Shown here: one piece after another, positions 40,461-50,165 of the stretch
Position numbering within the stretch: the stretch's first letter is position 1
How the letters are laid out: every line of letters starts with the position of its first letter
Assembly (NCBI GenBank): GCA_016779325.1
Contig: JADHNU010000003.1
Location: 14,874 to 78,873 of the forward strand
Reading direction: 5' to 3'
Source: Pseudomonadales bacterium
GTDB taxonomy: Bacteria; Pseudomonadota; Gammaproteobacteria; Pseudomonadales; Azotimanducaceae
DNA: 64,000 bases
The notes under the pieces: model-generated
Told to the model about the DNA's origin: nothing
The model's database searches: none
The model's input: the letters and a program-made list of their open reading frames with translations, nothing else
Position numbers and translations under genes: made by a program

Positions 40461-42485
40461 ATGGCTGCCGCGCCCCGCACCCTATTTGTTACCAGCGCCC
40501 TGCCCTACGCCAGCGGGGATATTCACTTTGGGCATTTGCTTGAGCATATCCAAACGGACATTTGGGTCCGGTTTCAGCGCCTTCAGGGCCACCGAGTGCT
40601 CTATTGCTGCGCCGACGACAGCCACGGCACCCCCATGATGCTCACCGCCGAACGCCTTGGCGAAGCCCCCGAGACGCTGGTGGAACGCTATCGCCGGTCC
40701 CATGCGGAAGACCTGGCGGCTTTTTACGTCGACCATGACATCTACTACACCACCCATAGCGAAGAGAACCGCCAGTGTGCGGAGCTCATTTTCGAGCGCT
40801 GCCGCGACGCCGGTTTGATCTTTACCCGGGAGGTCTCCCAATATTTCGACCCGGAAAAGGGCATGTTTCTCGCCGACCGGTTCCTAAAAGGTACCTGTCC
40901 GCGCTGCGACGCCGACGATCAATACGGGGATAACTGCGAAAAGTGTGGCGCCACCTACGAGGCGACGGAGCTGAAAGCGCCCCGCTCCACCCTGTCCGAA
41001 GCAACGCCGGAACTGCGCAGCTCCGAGCACTATTTCTTCGATCTCGGTAAGCAGCAGGCGTTCCTCGAGCAGTGGACCCAAAGCGGCACCCTACAGCCTG
41101 AGGTGGCCAACAAAATTCAGGAGTGGCTGGCCGCGGGCCTTAAGCCCTGGGACATCAGCCGCGATGCCCCCTACTTCGGCTTCAAGATTCCCGGCAGCGA
41201 CAACAAATACTTCTATGTCTGGCTTGATGCCCCCATTGGCTACATGGCTGCCTTGAAGAAGCTCGAGGCCGAAGGCCGAAGCGACGGGGTCTGTTTCGAC
41301 GCGATTTGGAGCGCCAGCAGCGCGGCGGAGGTCCACCACTTCATTGGCAAGGACATCGTCAATTTCCACACCTTGTTCTGGCCCGCCATGCTCGAGGGGG
41401 CGGGCTTCCGCACGCCGACGCGCATCCATACCCACGGCTTCCTGACCGTCGACGGCACCAAAATGTCGAAGAGCCGCGGCACCTTCATCAATGCCAGCAC
41501 CTACCGTGCGCACCTCGACCCCGAATACCTGCGCTACTACTTCGCGGCGAAGCTTGGCCCCAATACGGATGACATCGACCTTTCCCTTGATGACTTCGTG
41601 GCCCGGGTGAACGCCGATCTCGTCGGCAAGGTCGTCAACATTGCCTCCCGCTGCGCGGGCTTTCTGCACAAGCAGCACGGCGGCCAGCTGGGCACGCGCA
41701 TTGACGATGAGGCCCTGTGGGCCGAGGCCCAGGCAGCCCTAGACCCCATTGCCGCCGCTTATGACTCTGGCGAATATGGCAAGGCCATCCGGGCCATCAT
41801 GGCCTTGGCGGACCGAGCAAATCAGTACATCGATGCGCAAAAGCCGTGGGTACTGGCAAAGGATCCCGAGCAAGGCGAGGCCGTTCAGGCCATTTGCACC
41901 CTGGGGCTGAACCTATTCCGGGTCCTGGTTATCACTCTGAAGCCCGTTCTGCCCAAGATGGCCGAAGCGGCGGAGGCGTTCCTTGGCGGCGCCAGCCTCC
42001 GGTGGGCCGATGCGGAGCAGTGGTTCGGGGGCCAAGCCATCGAACCCTTCAAGCCTCTGAAAACGCGCCTTGAGCGCAGCGCCGTGGACGCCATGGTCGA
42101 AGCGAGCAAGGAAAGCGCCCCTCCAGCCCCCCCGCCCGCGGCGCCAGAAGCCGGCGAAACCATCGATATTGCGCAGTTCCAGGCCCTCGACCTTCGCGCC
42201 GCGAAGGTGCTGAACGCCGAAACCGTAGAGGGCGCTGATAAGCTTCTGCGCCTAACCCTCGACGTGGGCCCTCTGGGCCAGCGCACCGTGCTGTCGGGCA
42301 TTCGCAGCGCCTATGGGCCGGAGGAACTCAAGGGGCGCTTTGTGGTGCTGCTGGCGAACCTCGCACCCCGAAAGATGCGCTTCGGCGTCTCCGAGGGCAT
42401 GGTGTTGGCTGCGGGCCCGGGGGGAGAAGATCTCTTCCTCCTTAGCGTTGACCGCGGCGTGACCCCAGGCATGGAGATCGCGTAG
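40461..42485 (+). CDS. metG: Methionine--tRNA ligase (with C-terminal tRNA-binding domain)
   Basis: 674 aa; HFGHLLEH (HIGH), KMSKSRG, zinc knuckles [18 protein letters not shown], and a C-terminal Trbp111-like domain. Confidence 0.97.
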   Translation: MAAAPRTLFVTSALPYASGDIHFGHLLEHIQTDIWVRFQRLQGHRVLYCCADDSHGTPMMLTAERLGEAPETLVERYRRSHAEDLAAFYVDHDIYYTTHSEENRQCAELIFERCRDAGLIFTREVSQYFDPEKGMFLADRFLKGTCPRCDADDQYGDNCEKCGATYEATELKAPRSTLSEATPELRSSEHYFFDLGKQQAFLEQWTQSGTLQPEVANKIQEWLAAGLKPWDISRDAPYFGFKIPGSDNKYFYVWLDAPIGYMAALKKLEAEGRSDGVCFDAIWSASSAAEVHHFIGKDIVNFHTLFWPAMLEGAGFRTPTRIHTHGFLTVDGTKMSKSRGTFINASTYRAHLDPEYLRYYFAAKLGPNTDDIDLSLDDFVARVNADLVGKVVNIASRCAGFLHKQHGGQLGTRIDDEALWAEAQAALDPIAAAYDSGEYGKAIRAIMALADRANQYIDAQKPWVLAKDPEQGEAVQAICTLGLNLFRVLVITLKPVLPKMAEAAEAFLGGASLRWADAEQWFGGQAIEPFKPLKTRLERSAVDAMVEASKESAPPAPPPAAPEAGETIDIAQFQALDLRAAKVLNAETVEGADKLLRLTLDVGPLGQRTVLSGIRSAYGPEELKGRFVVLLANLAPRKMRFGVSEGMVLAAGPGGEDLFLLSVDRGVTPGMEIA

Positions 42486-42489
42486 GTTC

Positions 42490-43047
42490 ATGGCGGAGCT
42501 CAACCTCTCCGCCCTGGCCGAGACGCCCTGGCTCGCCCTTCAGGGCAGCGCCCTGCTCCTGCTGCTCCGGCTCCCCGCTGACCCTCGCCTGGTCCTCCGG
42601 CAGGCCCCAACCGCTGCCTTGGCCCTCCTGGGCGCCGGCGCCCTGGGCGCGGGGCTTCAGGCGGCGGGCCTGGGGTTGGCGCCGGCCCGCTTCCTGCTTC
42701 TCCCCCTATTGCTGGGCGCCGGCGTCCTGGGCCTCATCTTTTGGCATCGCCGCTCGGCCGCCGCTCCGCCGATGGCCGGGCAAGACCCGCTCTTCACCCT
42801 TCTGCTCCTCTCCCCCGCCCTCCTCAGCCATAGCTTAAACGCCGCTGGGGGAACGCTCCCCTTGGCCACGGCTCTGCTCCTCCCCCTGGCTCTGGGGCTG
42901 GGTCTACCCCTCTTCGCAGCCCTCTTTGCCCGGCTCGAAAACACCGCGGCGGCCGCACCCGGGCGAGGCCTCCCGGTCTTCGGGCAGCGCCTCTGGGTCC
43001 TTGGACTTATCGCCCTGGGCCTGGGCAGTACCTACGGCGGGGCCTGA
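42490..43047 (+). CDS. rnfA: Highly divergent RnfA/RsxA-like membrane subunit (Cys-free)
   Basis: 185-aa polytopic protein at the rnfA position. Its C-terminal LFAALFARLENTAAAAPGRG resembles RsxA [20 protein letters not shown]. It has no cysteine and no GLCP or TNC motifs. Confidence 0.55.
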   Translation: MAELNLSALAETPWLALQGSALLLLLRLPADPRLVLRQAPTAALALLGAGALGAGLQAAGLGLAPARFLLLPLLLGAGVLGLIFWHRRSAAAPPMAGQDPLFTLLLLSPALLSHSLNAAGGTLPLATALLLPLALGLGLPLFAALFARLENTAAAAPGRGLPVFGQRLWVLGLIALGLGSTYGGA

Positions 43048-43553
43048 TGACGCTGCTAACCACCGCCTTAGTCCTGGCCGCGCTCACCCTTGCCCTCGCC
43101 CTGGGGCTGCATTTCAGCCGCCAGGAAAAGCGTCTCGAGGCGGCGCAGCGGGAAGCTCGGATTGCGCTCCTCGACGCCACCTTGCCCCAAACCCAATGCG
43201 GCCAATGTGGCTACAGCGGCTGCCGCCCTTACGCCGAAGCCCTCCTTAGCGGCGCCGCCCATACGCTTTGCGCCCCCGGTGGTCAGGCCGGCGTGGCGGC
43301 GCTGGCTACCCTGCTTGGACGGGAACGGGCTCCCCTCGACGCCCCCGAGCCGACGCCCCTCGTGGCCGTCATTCGGGAAGCAGAATGCATCGGCTGCACC
43401 AAGTGCATTCAAGCTTGCCCCGTGGATGCGATCCTCGGGGCGGCCCAGCGCATGCACAGCGTGATTGAACCCTGGTGCACGGGCTGCGACCTGTGCGTAG
43501 ATCCCTGCCCCGTAGACTGCATCGACCTCGTCCCCCGGGGGACGCCGCCATGA
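43047..43553 (+). CDS. rnfB: Rnf/Rsx electron transport complex subunit B
   Basis: N-terminal TM anchor, CGQCGYSGCRPYAEA, CIGCTKCIQACPVDAI, CTGCDLCVDPCP. This is a close match to RsxB. The ATG overlaps the rnfA stop. Confidence 0.92.
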   Translation: MTLLTTALVLAALTLALALGLHFSRQEKRLEAAQREARIALLDATLPQTQCGQCGYSGCRPYAEALLSGAAHTLCAPGGQAGVAALATLLGRERAPLDAPEPTPLVAVIREAECIGCTKCIQACPVDAILGAAQRMHSVIEPWCTGCDLCVDPCPVDCIDLVPRGTPP

Positions 43554-44053
43554 TGCCCTGCATCCACTGCGGGGCCTGCGTACCCGTCTGTCCCCGGGGG
43601 CTATGGCCCCAGCAGCTTTTCGAAGCCCTGGGCGCGGGCGATCTGCCCCGGGCTCAGCACCTCGGATTGGACGCCTGCGGCGCCTGCCGCCAGTGCCAGG
43701 ATCATTGCCCCAGTGGCTTACCGCTGACCAAACGCTTTCGCGAGGGACAAGATGCGCTCCTCGCCCTCACCGAAGCGGAACAGGTCAAGGCCCTGGCCCA
43801 GACCCGTTTTCTCGCGCGAGAACAGCGCAGGGCCCAGGCGGAGGCGGAAGCCCTAGAGGCGAAGCGCCAGCGCCGCGCCGAGGCGAAGAGGCGGGCCGAG
43901 GCACGCCAAGCGCAAACCTCAGGGGCGCCGGGCCGGCAGGACGCGCAGCGCGCCGCCCTGGCCCGAGCCCTCGCTAAAGCAGAGGCGGAAGACCGCCTCC
44001 GCGACGCAACGCGCCTACGGGCGGCCCTCACTGCCTTGGATGAGCCGTCATGA
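43550..44053 (+). CDS. rnfC: Truncated RnfC-like protein: 2x[4Fe-4S] ferredoxin module plus charged tail only
   Basis: 167 aa containing CIHCGACVPVCP and CGACRQCQDHCP, then an A/R/E/K-rich tail. ATGA overlaps with rnfB upstream and rnfD downstream leave no room for the usual roughly 300-aa N-terminal NADH/FMN module. Confidence 0.7.
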   Translation: MMPCIHCGACVPVCPRGLWPQQLFEALGAGDLPRAQHLGLDACGACRQCQDHCPSGLPLTKRFREGQDALLALTEAEQVKALAQTRFLAREQRRAQAEAEALEAKRQRRAEAKRRAEARQAQTSGAPGRQDAQRAALARALAKAEAEDRLRDATRLRAALTALDEPS

Positions 44054-44931
44054 ACCCCACTGGCGTAAGAAGCCTCATGGGCACGGTGGGGCTGGCGACC
44101 CTTCCCGTGCTGGCCGTGCGCCTGGCCCAGGAAGGCTTCGCCCCCGCCCTGCCCCTCCTCGGCGCACTCGCGGGCGCCCTGGCGGTCGAGGCCCTCTACT
44201 ACCGACGCGTCACCACCCTACGCGACGGCAGCGCCCTGCTCACGGGCTGGCTTTTGGGCCTCGCCTTGCCTGCCGGCACCTCGCCGGTCTGGGCGCTCAC
44301 CGCCGGGGCCTTGGCCCTCGGCCTGGGTAAGCTGCCCTTCGGAGGGCTCGGAAGAAACCCGTTTAACCCGGCCATGGTGGGCTACGCCGCCGCCCTGCTG
44401 CTTTTCCCCCTGGCGCTCCTCGATGGGCAGACCGGCGCCACACCGCTCGCCAGCCTCGCGGCAAGGTCGGGCCTGACCGTCAGCGAATGGCGCGCTACCC
44501 ATCCGGGCCCTTGGGGCGCGGGGTCGGGCTTCGCGCTGTCCCTCGCCAGCTTGGCTGGCGGGCTCTGGCTGCTCTACCGGCGTCGCATCAGCTGGCATGC
44601 CCCCCTGGGCTATGGAGTGGGGCTCGCGAGTGCAGCCCTCTTGGCTTACGACGGCGGCAGCTCCCAAAGCGCAGGCCCCCCCTTATTCCACCTGTTCGCG
44701 GGCAGCAGCCTCTTCGCGGCTTTTTTCATCATCACGGACCCCGTTAGCGGGGCCCACACGCCCCCGGGGCGCCTCGCCATGGGCCTGCTTGCGGGGGCGC
44801 TGACCTTAAGCTTCCGCACCACCGGCCCCTTCCCCGACGGCGTGGCCTTTGCTGTCTTACTGGCCAACGCAGCAGGGCCAGCCTTCGACGCCCTGGCGGA
44901 GGCGCGCAGGCGCCAGACGCCCCGTGTTTAG
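44050..44931 (+). CDS. rnfD: Rnf/Rsx electron transport complex subunit D
   Basis: 293 aa with GRNPFNPAMVGY, DGQTGATPL (FMN-Thr site), IITDPVS and PDGVAFAVLLAN. It is shorter than the roughly 350-aa E. coli RsxD. Confidence 0.9.
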   Translation: MNPTGVRSLMGTVGLATLPVLAVRLAQEGFAPALPLLGALAGALAVEALYYRRVTTLRDGSALLTGWLLGLALPAGTSPVWALTAGALALGLGKLPFGGLGRNPFNPAMVGYAAALLLFPLALLDGQTGATPLASLAARSGLTVSEWRATHPGPWGAGSGFALSLASLAGGLWLLYRRRISWHAPLGYGVGLASAALLAYDGGSSQSAGPPLFHLFAGSSLFAAFFIITDPVSGAHTPPGRLAMGLLAGALTLSFRTTGPFPDGVAFAVLLANAAGPAFDALAEARRRQTPRV

Positions 44932-45454
44932 GATCACCTCACCCCTTCGGCGCACCGCCCTGGGCCTGCTCCTCGGCCTCGCCGCCCTTGAGCTGACGGC
45001 CTTGGGCACGGAGACCGCCCGCCAAGGCTGGGCACGCTTTCGAGCGGAAGCGCCCTACCGCGCCCTGGGCGCAGAGGGCCCTCCGCAGGCGCTTGGGGGG
45101 ACCGGACTTCAGCCTGGCGAGCGCGCAGACTTTTTCTGCGCGCCGAAGCCAATCCTCGTGCTGACGCTGGAGGGGCAGGGATGGGGCGGTCCCTTCCGCC
45201 TTGCAACCCGCTTCGACGGCCCGACCACCATCGGCGCCCAGCGCGTACTGGCTCACAGGGAAACGCCCCGCTACGGCGGAAAACTTCTTGGGCCACCCGC
45301 CCCGGCAGCGGGCACGCCCCTGCCAACCCCGGTCGATGGCCTCAGCGGCGCCACCTTTACGGCCGAGGCCCTCGACGCCCTGCGCGTCCGTGGCGAGGCC
45401 CTTGCACAAAGCCTGTGGCCCGCAGCGCCTAACCCGTGCGGGGACCTGCCATGA
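44924..45454 (+). CDS. rnfG: Rnf/Rsx electron transport complex subunit G (FMN-binding)
   Basis: Probable GTG start at 44924 overlapping the rnfD stop. N-terminal TM, HRETPRYGGK (compare RsxG HHETPGLGDK), and the SGATFT flavinylation motif. Confidence 0.75.
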   Translation: MFRITSPLRRTALGLLLGLAALELTALGTETARQGWARFRAEAPYRALGAEGPPQALGGTGLQPGERADFFCAPKPILVLTLEGQGWGGPFRLATRFDGPTTIGAQRVLAHRETPRYGGKLLGPPAPAAGTPLPTPVDGLSGATFTAEALDALRVRGEALAQSLWPAAPNPCGDLP

Positions 45455-46065
45455 CCTCATCATCCCGGCCCCTCGCGTTTCTAATCATCGCCCCCGCCGC
45501 CGCGCTCGCGAGCCACCGGCTACTCGACGCGCTCATCGTGAGTAGCGTGATGGCCCTACTCTGGCCCGGGCTTGCCTCGCTGCGGCGCGCCCTAGGCGCG
45601 GGACCGCGCCTTGCGCCCTGGCTTCCCCTTCTCGCTCTGGGCACCGCGGGAAGCGGCGTTGCAACCTACGGGGCGCTGGCCCTAGGTCTTTTTCCCGTCG
45701 CGCCAGCCCTCCCCTTGGGGGGTCTGCTCACGGTGAGTGCGCTGTGGCTGGCCAGGCAATGGGGCGCGGGGCAGCGCCCCGGCCATGCCCTCCTCGGGGG
45801 CGTACTGCTATGGTGGGGCCTCGCTGCACTCCGGGAAGGCCTGGGCGCAGGCACCCTCGGCGCGGGCCTTCCCAGCGGCCCCCTATGGCAGAGGATGGAA
45901 GGCCCCCTCCTGCCCGCGCTGCAAAGCAGCGCCGCGGGTCTGCTCATGCTTGCCGCCCTCAGTGCGCTCACCGCGTCCCCAGGGCCAACGACGCCACCCA
46001 GCCCCGAGGCGCTCGCCGCCCGAGTGAAAGCCCGACGCGTTCGGGTTACAGGACCGGTCAAATGA
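45451..46065 (+). CDS. rnfE: Highly divergent RnfE/RsxE-like membrane subunit (Cys-free)
   Basis: 204-aa polytopic protein at the rnfE position. LREGLGAGTLGAGL resembles RsxE LREIIGNGTLFDGA. It has no cysteine. ATGA overlaps with rnfG and nth. Confidence 0.55.
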   Translation: MTSSSRPLAFLIIAPAAALASHRLLDALIVSSVMALLWPGLASLRRALGAGPRLAPWLPLLALGTAGSGVATYGALALGLFPVAPALPLGGLLTVSALWLARQWGAGQRPGHALLGGVLLWWGLAALREGLGAGTLGAGLPSGPLWQRMEGPLLPALQSSAAGLLMLAALSALTASPGPTTPPSPEALAARVKARRVRVTGPVK

Positions 46066-46718
46066 ATAGAGAAAAACGCGAGGCGATCTTCGCGCGACTT
46101 CGGGAGGCCATTCCTGAACCCACTACGGAGCTGGAGTACGAGACGCCCTTTCAACTGTTAATCGCGGTGATTCTGTCGGCCCAGGCCACGGACGTGAGCG
46201 TGAATAAGGGTACCCGGACGCTTTTTGCCGAGGCCCCTACCCCAGAAGCCATGGTGCGCCTCGGGGTGGCCGGGATCAGCGGGCATATTCGTCACATCGG
46301 CCTCTTCAATAGCAAAGCCAAAAATGTCCTGGCCACCTGCGAGCGCTTACTCTCGGACCACAGCGGGGCAGTCCCGCGAGATCGCAAGGCCCTCGAAGCC
46401 CTTCCCGGCGTGGGCCGCAAAACGGCGAACGTGGTACTGAATACGGCCTTCGGGGAACCGACGCTGGCGGTCGACACCCACATCTTTCGCCTCGCTAACC
46501 GTATCCCCCTGGCCAAGGGGAAAACCGTGCGGGCCGTGGAAGACGGGCTTCTAAAGCATATTCCGAAGGCCTACCTGCAGGATGCGCATCATCTTTTGAT
46601 TCTGCACGGGCGCTACGTCTGTACGGCGCGCAAGCCCCGGTGCGGGGCCTGCGTGCTCTTCGACCTCTGTGAATTCAAGGGCCGTTTTGCCGCCGCGGAG
46701 GCGGCGGCGGAGGACTAG
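46062..46718 (+). CDS. nth: Endonuclease III
   Basis: True start MNREKREAIF (ATG 46062); HhH-GPD LPGVGRKTANVVL; C-terminal [4Fe-4S] motif CTARKPRCGACVLFDLC. It follows rnfE as in E. coli rsx-nth. Confidence 0.95.
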   Translation: MNREKREAIFARLREAIPEPTTELEYETPFQLLIAVILSAQATDVSVNKGTRTLFAEAPTPEAMVRLGVAGISGHIRHIGLFNSKAKNVLATCERLLSDHSGAVPRDRKALEALPGVGRKTANVVLNTAFGEPTLAVDTHIFRLANRIPLAKGKTVRAVEDGLLKHIPKAYLQDAHHLLILHGRYVCTARKPRCGACVLFDLCEFKGRFAAAEAAAED

Positions 46719-46727
46719 GGGCTGGCC

Positions 46728-47948
46728 CTAGGCGCCGCCTTTCCCATAGCGCGCGGCGCGGGTACGAAGACGCAGACTGTTCAAGCGGATGAAGCCCGCG
46801 GCGTCTTTCTGGTCGTAAGCCCCGGCGTCATCTTCAAAGGTCACCACGGCTTCGTCGTAGAGGCTGTCGGTCTCACTGCGCCGACCCAGAATGCGCACCT
46901 GTCCCTTGTAGAGCTCAAGGCGCACCTCACCATTTACCGTCGCCTGGGAGGCGTCGATGAGCGCCTGAAGGCACTCCCGTTCCGGGGCGAACCAGTACCC
47001 GTTATAAATGAGCTCAGCGTAGCGCGGCATGAGGCTGTCCTTCAGGTGCGCCACTTCCCGGTCGAGGGTGATGGACTCGATAGCCCGATGGGCCTTCAGC
47101 AGCACCGTGCCCCCCGGGGTCTCATAGCAGCCCCGGGACTTCATCCCCACGTAACGGTTCTCTACCATATCGAGGCGGCCCACGCCGTGGGCGCCGCCCA
47201 GCTCGTTGAGCCTGGTCAGGAGGGCCGCCGGGGAGAGCGGCTCGTCGTTAAGGGCGACGGGATCGCCTTTCTCGAAGCGAATCGTAAGCACTTCGGGCGT
47301 ATCCGGCGCCTCCGCGGGGGAACAGGTCATCCGCCACATGCTGTCCTGCGGCGCCACCCAGGGATCTTCGAGCTCTCCCCCTTCATAGGAGATGTGGAGC
47401 AAATTCGCGTCCATGGAATAGGGCGGCTTGCTATCGAGCTTCTTCTGGTCGACGGGAATCTGGTTCAGCTCGCAAAAACGCATCAGCGCCTCCCGGGAGT
47501 TGAGGTCCCATTCCCGCCAGGGGGCGATAACCTTGATCTCCGGGTTCAGGGCATAGGCGTTGAGCTCAAACCGCACCTGATCATTACCCTTTCCCGTGGC
47601 GCCGTGGGCGATGGCATCGGCCCCCGTCGCAGCCGCGATTTCCACCAGCCGACGGGAAATGAGGGGCCGCGCAATGGAGGTGCCAAGCAGGTACTCGCCC
47701 TCGTAGAGCGCATTCGCTCGGAACATGGGAAAGACGTAGTCGCGTACGAAATCCTCACGCAGATCTTCGATGAAGATCTCCTTTGCGCCAAGGTTTTTTG
47801 CCTTCTCCCGCGCCGGCTCGACCTCCTCGCCCTGGCCGTAATCCGCCGTGAAGGTCACGACCTCGCAGCCGTATTCCGTTTGCAGCCATTTCAGGATGAC
47901 CGAAGTATCGAGGCCCCCGGAGTAGGCCAGCACGACTTTTTTAACCAC
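46728..47948 (-). CDS. argG: Argininosuccinate synthase
   Basis: 406 aa; [22 protein letters not shown], and later the [13 protein letters not shown] family signature. Confidence 0.97.
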   Translation of the reverse strand: MVKKVVLAYSGGLDTSVILKWLQTEYGCEVVTFTADYGQGEEVEPAREKAKNLGAKEIFIEDLREDFVRDYVFPMFRANALYEGEYLLGTSIARPLISRRLVEIAAATGADAIAHGATGKGNDQVRFELNAYALNPEIKVIAPWREWDLNSREALMRFCELNQIPVDQKKLDSKPPYSMDANLLHISYEGGELEDPWVAPQDSMWRMTCSPAEAPDTPEVLTIRFEKGDPVALNDEPLSPAALLTRLNELGGAHGVGRLDMVENRYVGMKSRGCYETPGGTVLLKAHRAIESITLDREVAHLKDSLMPRYAELIYNGYWFAPERECLQALIDASQATVNGEVRLELYKGQVRILGRRSETDSLYDEAVVTFEDDAGAYDQKDAAGFIRLNSLRLRTRAARYGKGGA

Positions 47949-48103
47949 GTTGCGCTCCTTGAAGCAGGTGGGGCCGGGGACAGGGGCCCCGGAGTCTTAG
48001 CGGGCCCCATGGTACCGAAAAGCCTCGCCAAAGGCTTTTCCCCGGCGAGCCGAGGCGCACTGTGCTACGCTTTAAACTCTTTCTTTTTCGGAGCGCGGCG
48101 GCC

Positions 48104-48769
48104 ATGGACGCAGCGTCGCAGGACGACGAGCAGGACGAAGCGGGGCCCCGGATTGCGGACCGCTTTCGCGGTTTCCTACCCGTCGTCGTTGATGTCGAAA
48201 CCGGCGGCTTCAACAAAGATACGGACGCCCTCCTGGAAATTGCCGCGGTGTTTCTGCGCGTCGAAGATGACGGCACCCTGGCCATCGATAATGCCCTCAC
48301 GCTCCACGTGCTGCCCTTTGAGGGCGCGAACATCGAGCAGGCCGCCCTCGATTTCACGGGTATACAGCCCTTTAACCCGCTGCGCGGCGCCGTTCCCGAG
48401 CGGGAAGCCCTCACCACCTTGTTCCGAGCCGTGCGCCATGCGGTGCGCGAAAGCGACTGCAATCGCGCCGTACTTGTAGGCCACAACGCGCATTTCGATC
48501 ATGGGTTCATGCAGGCAGCGGCCGCCCGGCAGGATCTCAAGCGTAATCCCTTTCACCCCTTTTCCAGCTTTGACACGGTTACCCTAGCCGGCCTCGCCTA
48601 CGGCCAAACGGTATTGGCACGGGCCTGCCAGGCCGCAGGCATCGCCTTCGATAGCCGCGCGGCTCACTCGGCCCTGTACGACGCCGAGAAAACCGCCGAA
48701 CTCTTCTGCACCATCGTGAATCGCTGGCACGGTGCCCTAGGATGGCCCCGGGAACCAATTCGCGATTGA
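48104..48769 (+). CDS. rnt: Ribonuclease T
   Basis: True start MDAASQ (ATG 48104); DEDDh exonuclease motifs [21 protein letters not shown] and [14 protein letters not shown]. Confidence 0.92.
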   Translation: MDAASQDDEQDEAGPRIADRFRGFLPVVVDVETGGFNKDTDALLEIAAVFLRVEDDGTLAIDNALTLHVLPFEGANIEQAALDFTGIQPFNPLRGAVPEREALTTLFRAVRHAVRESDCNRAVLVGHNAHFDHGFMQAAAARQDLKRNPFHPFSSFDTVTLAGLAYGQTVLARACQAAGIAFDSRAAHSALYDAEKTAELFCTIVNRWHGALGWPREPIRD

Positions 48770-48783
48770 CAATCGTTCTCATT
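48764..48783 (+). promoter_or_regulatory. Putative Fur box overlapping a TTGACA -35 element upstream of bfd
   Basis: TGACAATCGTTCTC matches 11 of 14 positions of the Fur-box core TGATAATCATTATC (hand alignment). A perfect TTGACA lies at 48766-48771. bfd is classically Fur-repressed. Confidence 0.45.
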
Positions 48784-48816
48784 CCGGCATGCTAGAGCCT
48801 CACGCCGGAGGTCCGT

Positions 48817-49029
48817 ATGTTGGTTTGCATCTGTAACGCCGTCAGCGAAAGCCGAATCCGCGAAGCCATTCGGGAAGGCGCCGCCACCCTTGGGGCACTG
48901 CAAACTCAGCTTGCCGTAGGGACCTGCTGCGGTAAGTGCACGGACGACACCTGCGCCCTCCTCGCCGAAGAGACCGTTGCCCATCGCGGCGGCGCCCTCG
49001 CCTTCGAAGCCTCGCCCTGTCACCGGTAG
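48817..49029 (+). CDS. bfd: Bacterioferritin-associated ferredoxin
   Basis: 70 aa; MLVCICNAVSE...CCGKC, the BFD-like [2Fe-2S] Cys pattern, directly upstream of bfr. Confidence 0.92.
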   Translation: MLVCICNAVSESRIREAIREGAATLGALQTQLAVGTCCGKCTDDTCALLAEETVAHRGGALAFEASPCHR

Positions 49030-49063
49030 AAAACGCAGGCGCTCAAGGACACGCGAATACGAG

Positions 49064-49096
49064 TCCTTATCATTGCCTCTATTATTATCATTTCCT
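49064..49096 (+). promoter_or_regulatory. Putative Fur-box-like AT-rich operator upstream of bfr
   Basis: CTTATCATTGCCTCTATTATTATCATTTCC. TATTATTATCATT matches 10 of 13 positions of AATGATAATCATT, and TTATCATTG is a second partial repeat (hand alignment only). Confidence 0.45.
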
Positions 49097-49178
49097 TTTA
49101 AAACAACAACTTGCGAACTCTTCAGGCCTAAGGCAGACTGGCGCTCTCGGTTATTTCTTGCGCCCCTAGGAGCCCACC

Positions 49179-49643
49179 ATGAAAGGCGACGCAGACGTCC
49201 TCCGCCACCTAAACAAAGCCCTCTACAACGAGCTTGTGGCCATTAATCAGTACTTCCTCCACTCCCGCATGCTGAAAGACTGGGGGTTCGAGCAGCTCGC
49301 CGCTAAGGAGTACGAAGAATCCATCGATGAGATGAAGCATGCCGATCAGCTCACGCAGCGGATTCTCTTTCTCGAAGGTATCCCGAACCTCCAGGACCTG
49401 GGCCGCTTGCGTATTGGTGAAACGGTGGAGGAAATGCTCGAGGCGGACTTGGCCCTCGAACACCAGGCCATTCCAGATTTGCGCGACGGCATTGCCCATT
49501 GCGAAGCGGTGCGGGACTACGTCTCGCGCGATCTCCTCGCGAGCATTCTAGATGCGGAAGAGGAGCACGTTGATTGGCTCGAAACGCAGCTGAAGCTCTT
49601 GGCGGCCACGGGCGAAGCCAACTTCCTTCAGTCGGCCCGCTAG
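49179..49643 (+). CDS. bfr: Bacterioferritin
   Basis: 154 aa starting MKGD..V...[16 protein letters not shown], with heme-ligand Met in DEMKHAD and ferroxidase Glu/His residues. Confidence 0.96.
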   Translation: MKGDADVLRHLNKALYNELVAINQYFLHSRMLKDWGFEQLAAKEYEESIDEMKHADQLTQRILFLEGIPNLQDLGRLRIGETVEEMLEADLALEHQAIPDLRDGIAHCEAVRDYVSRDLLASILDAEEEHVDWLETQLKLLAATGEANFLQSAR

Positions 49644-49662
49644 GGGCCCCGCAACGCGAGCT

Positions 49663-49688
49663 AAACCCCGGCCTGGCCGGGGTTTTTT
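49663..49688. terminator. Rho-independent terminator between convergent bfr and grxD
   Basis: aaa-CCCCGGC-ctg-GCCGGGG-tttttt located between the two stop codons (49643 and 49700). Confidence 0.8.
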
Positions 49689-49699
49689 GTGCGCGCGAG

Positions 49700-50047
49700 C
49701 TACTCCTCGGCGCCTTCGGCGTCCTGGGCAGCCGCCGCAGCGGCCTGCTCGACGAGGGGCTTGAGTTCACCGCTACCGTACATCTCGGTGACGATGTCGC
49801 AGCCACCGACGAGTTCGCCCTGGACCCAAAGCTGAGGAAAGGTGGGCCAATCGCCGAGCTTCGGCAGATTCGCCCGCACGTCCGGATGGGACAGCACGTC
49901 CACGTAGGCGAAGGGCTGGCCGCACGCCATCAGCGCTTGCACGGTCTGGGCGCTGAAGCCGCACTGGGGGGCTTGGGGCGAACCCTTCATGTAAAGAATG
50001 ATCGGATTACTGGCGACCTGTTCGCGCAGCGTGTCCATAATGTCCAT
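49700..50047 (-). CDS. grxD: Monothiol glutaredoxin (Grx4 family)
   Basis: 115 aa; PIILYMKGSPQAPQCGFS active site (CGFS), WPTFPQLWV.GELVGGCDI. Confidence 0.95.
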   Translation of the reverse strand: MDIMDTLREQVASNPIILYMKGSPQAPQCGFSAQTVQALMACGQPFAYVDVLSHPDVRANLPKLGDWPTFPQLWVQGELVGGCDIVTEMYGSGELKPLVEQAAAAAAQDAEGAEE

Positions 50048-50165
50048 GGTGAGGATCTCCGGCTAGGAACGGGCCAAGGTGGCCTACCCCGCCAGTGTAG
50101 CGCGCCTAAGCCCCCTCACTAAAGACCAACTCGTGTCGTCGGAAAAAGAACGCAGGAGCCATGCC

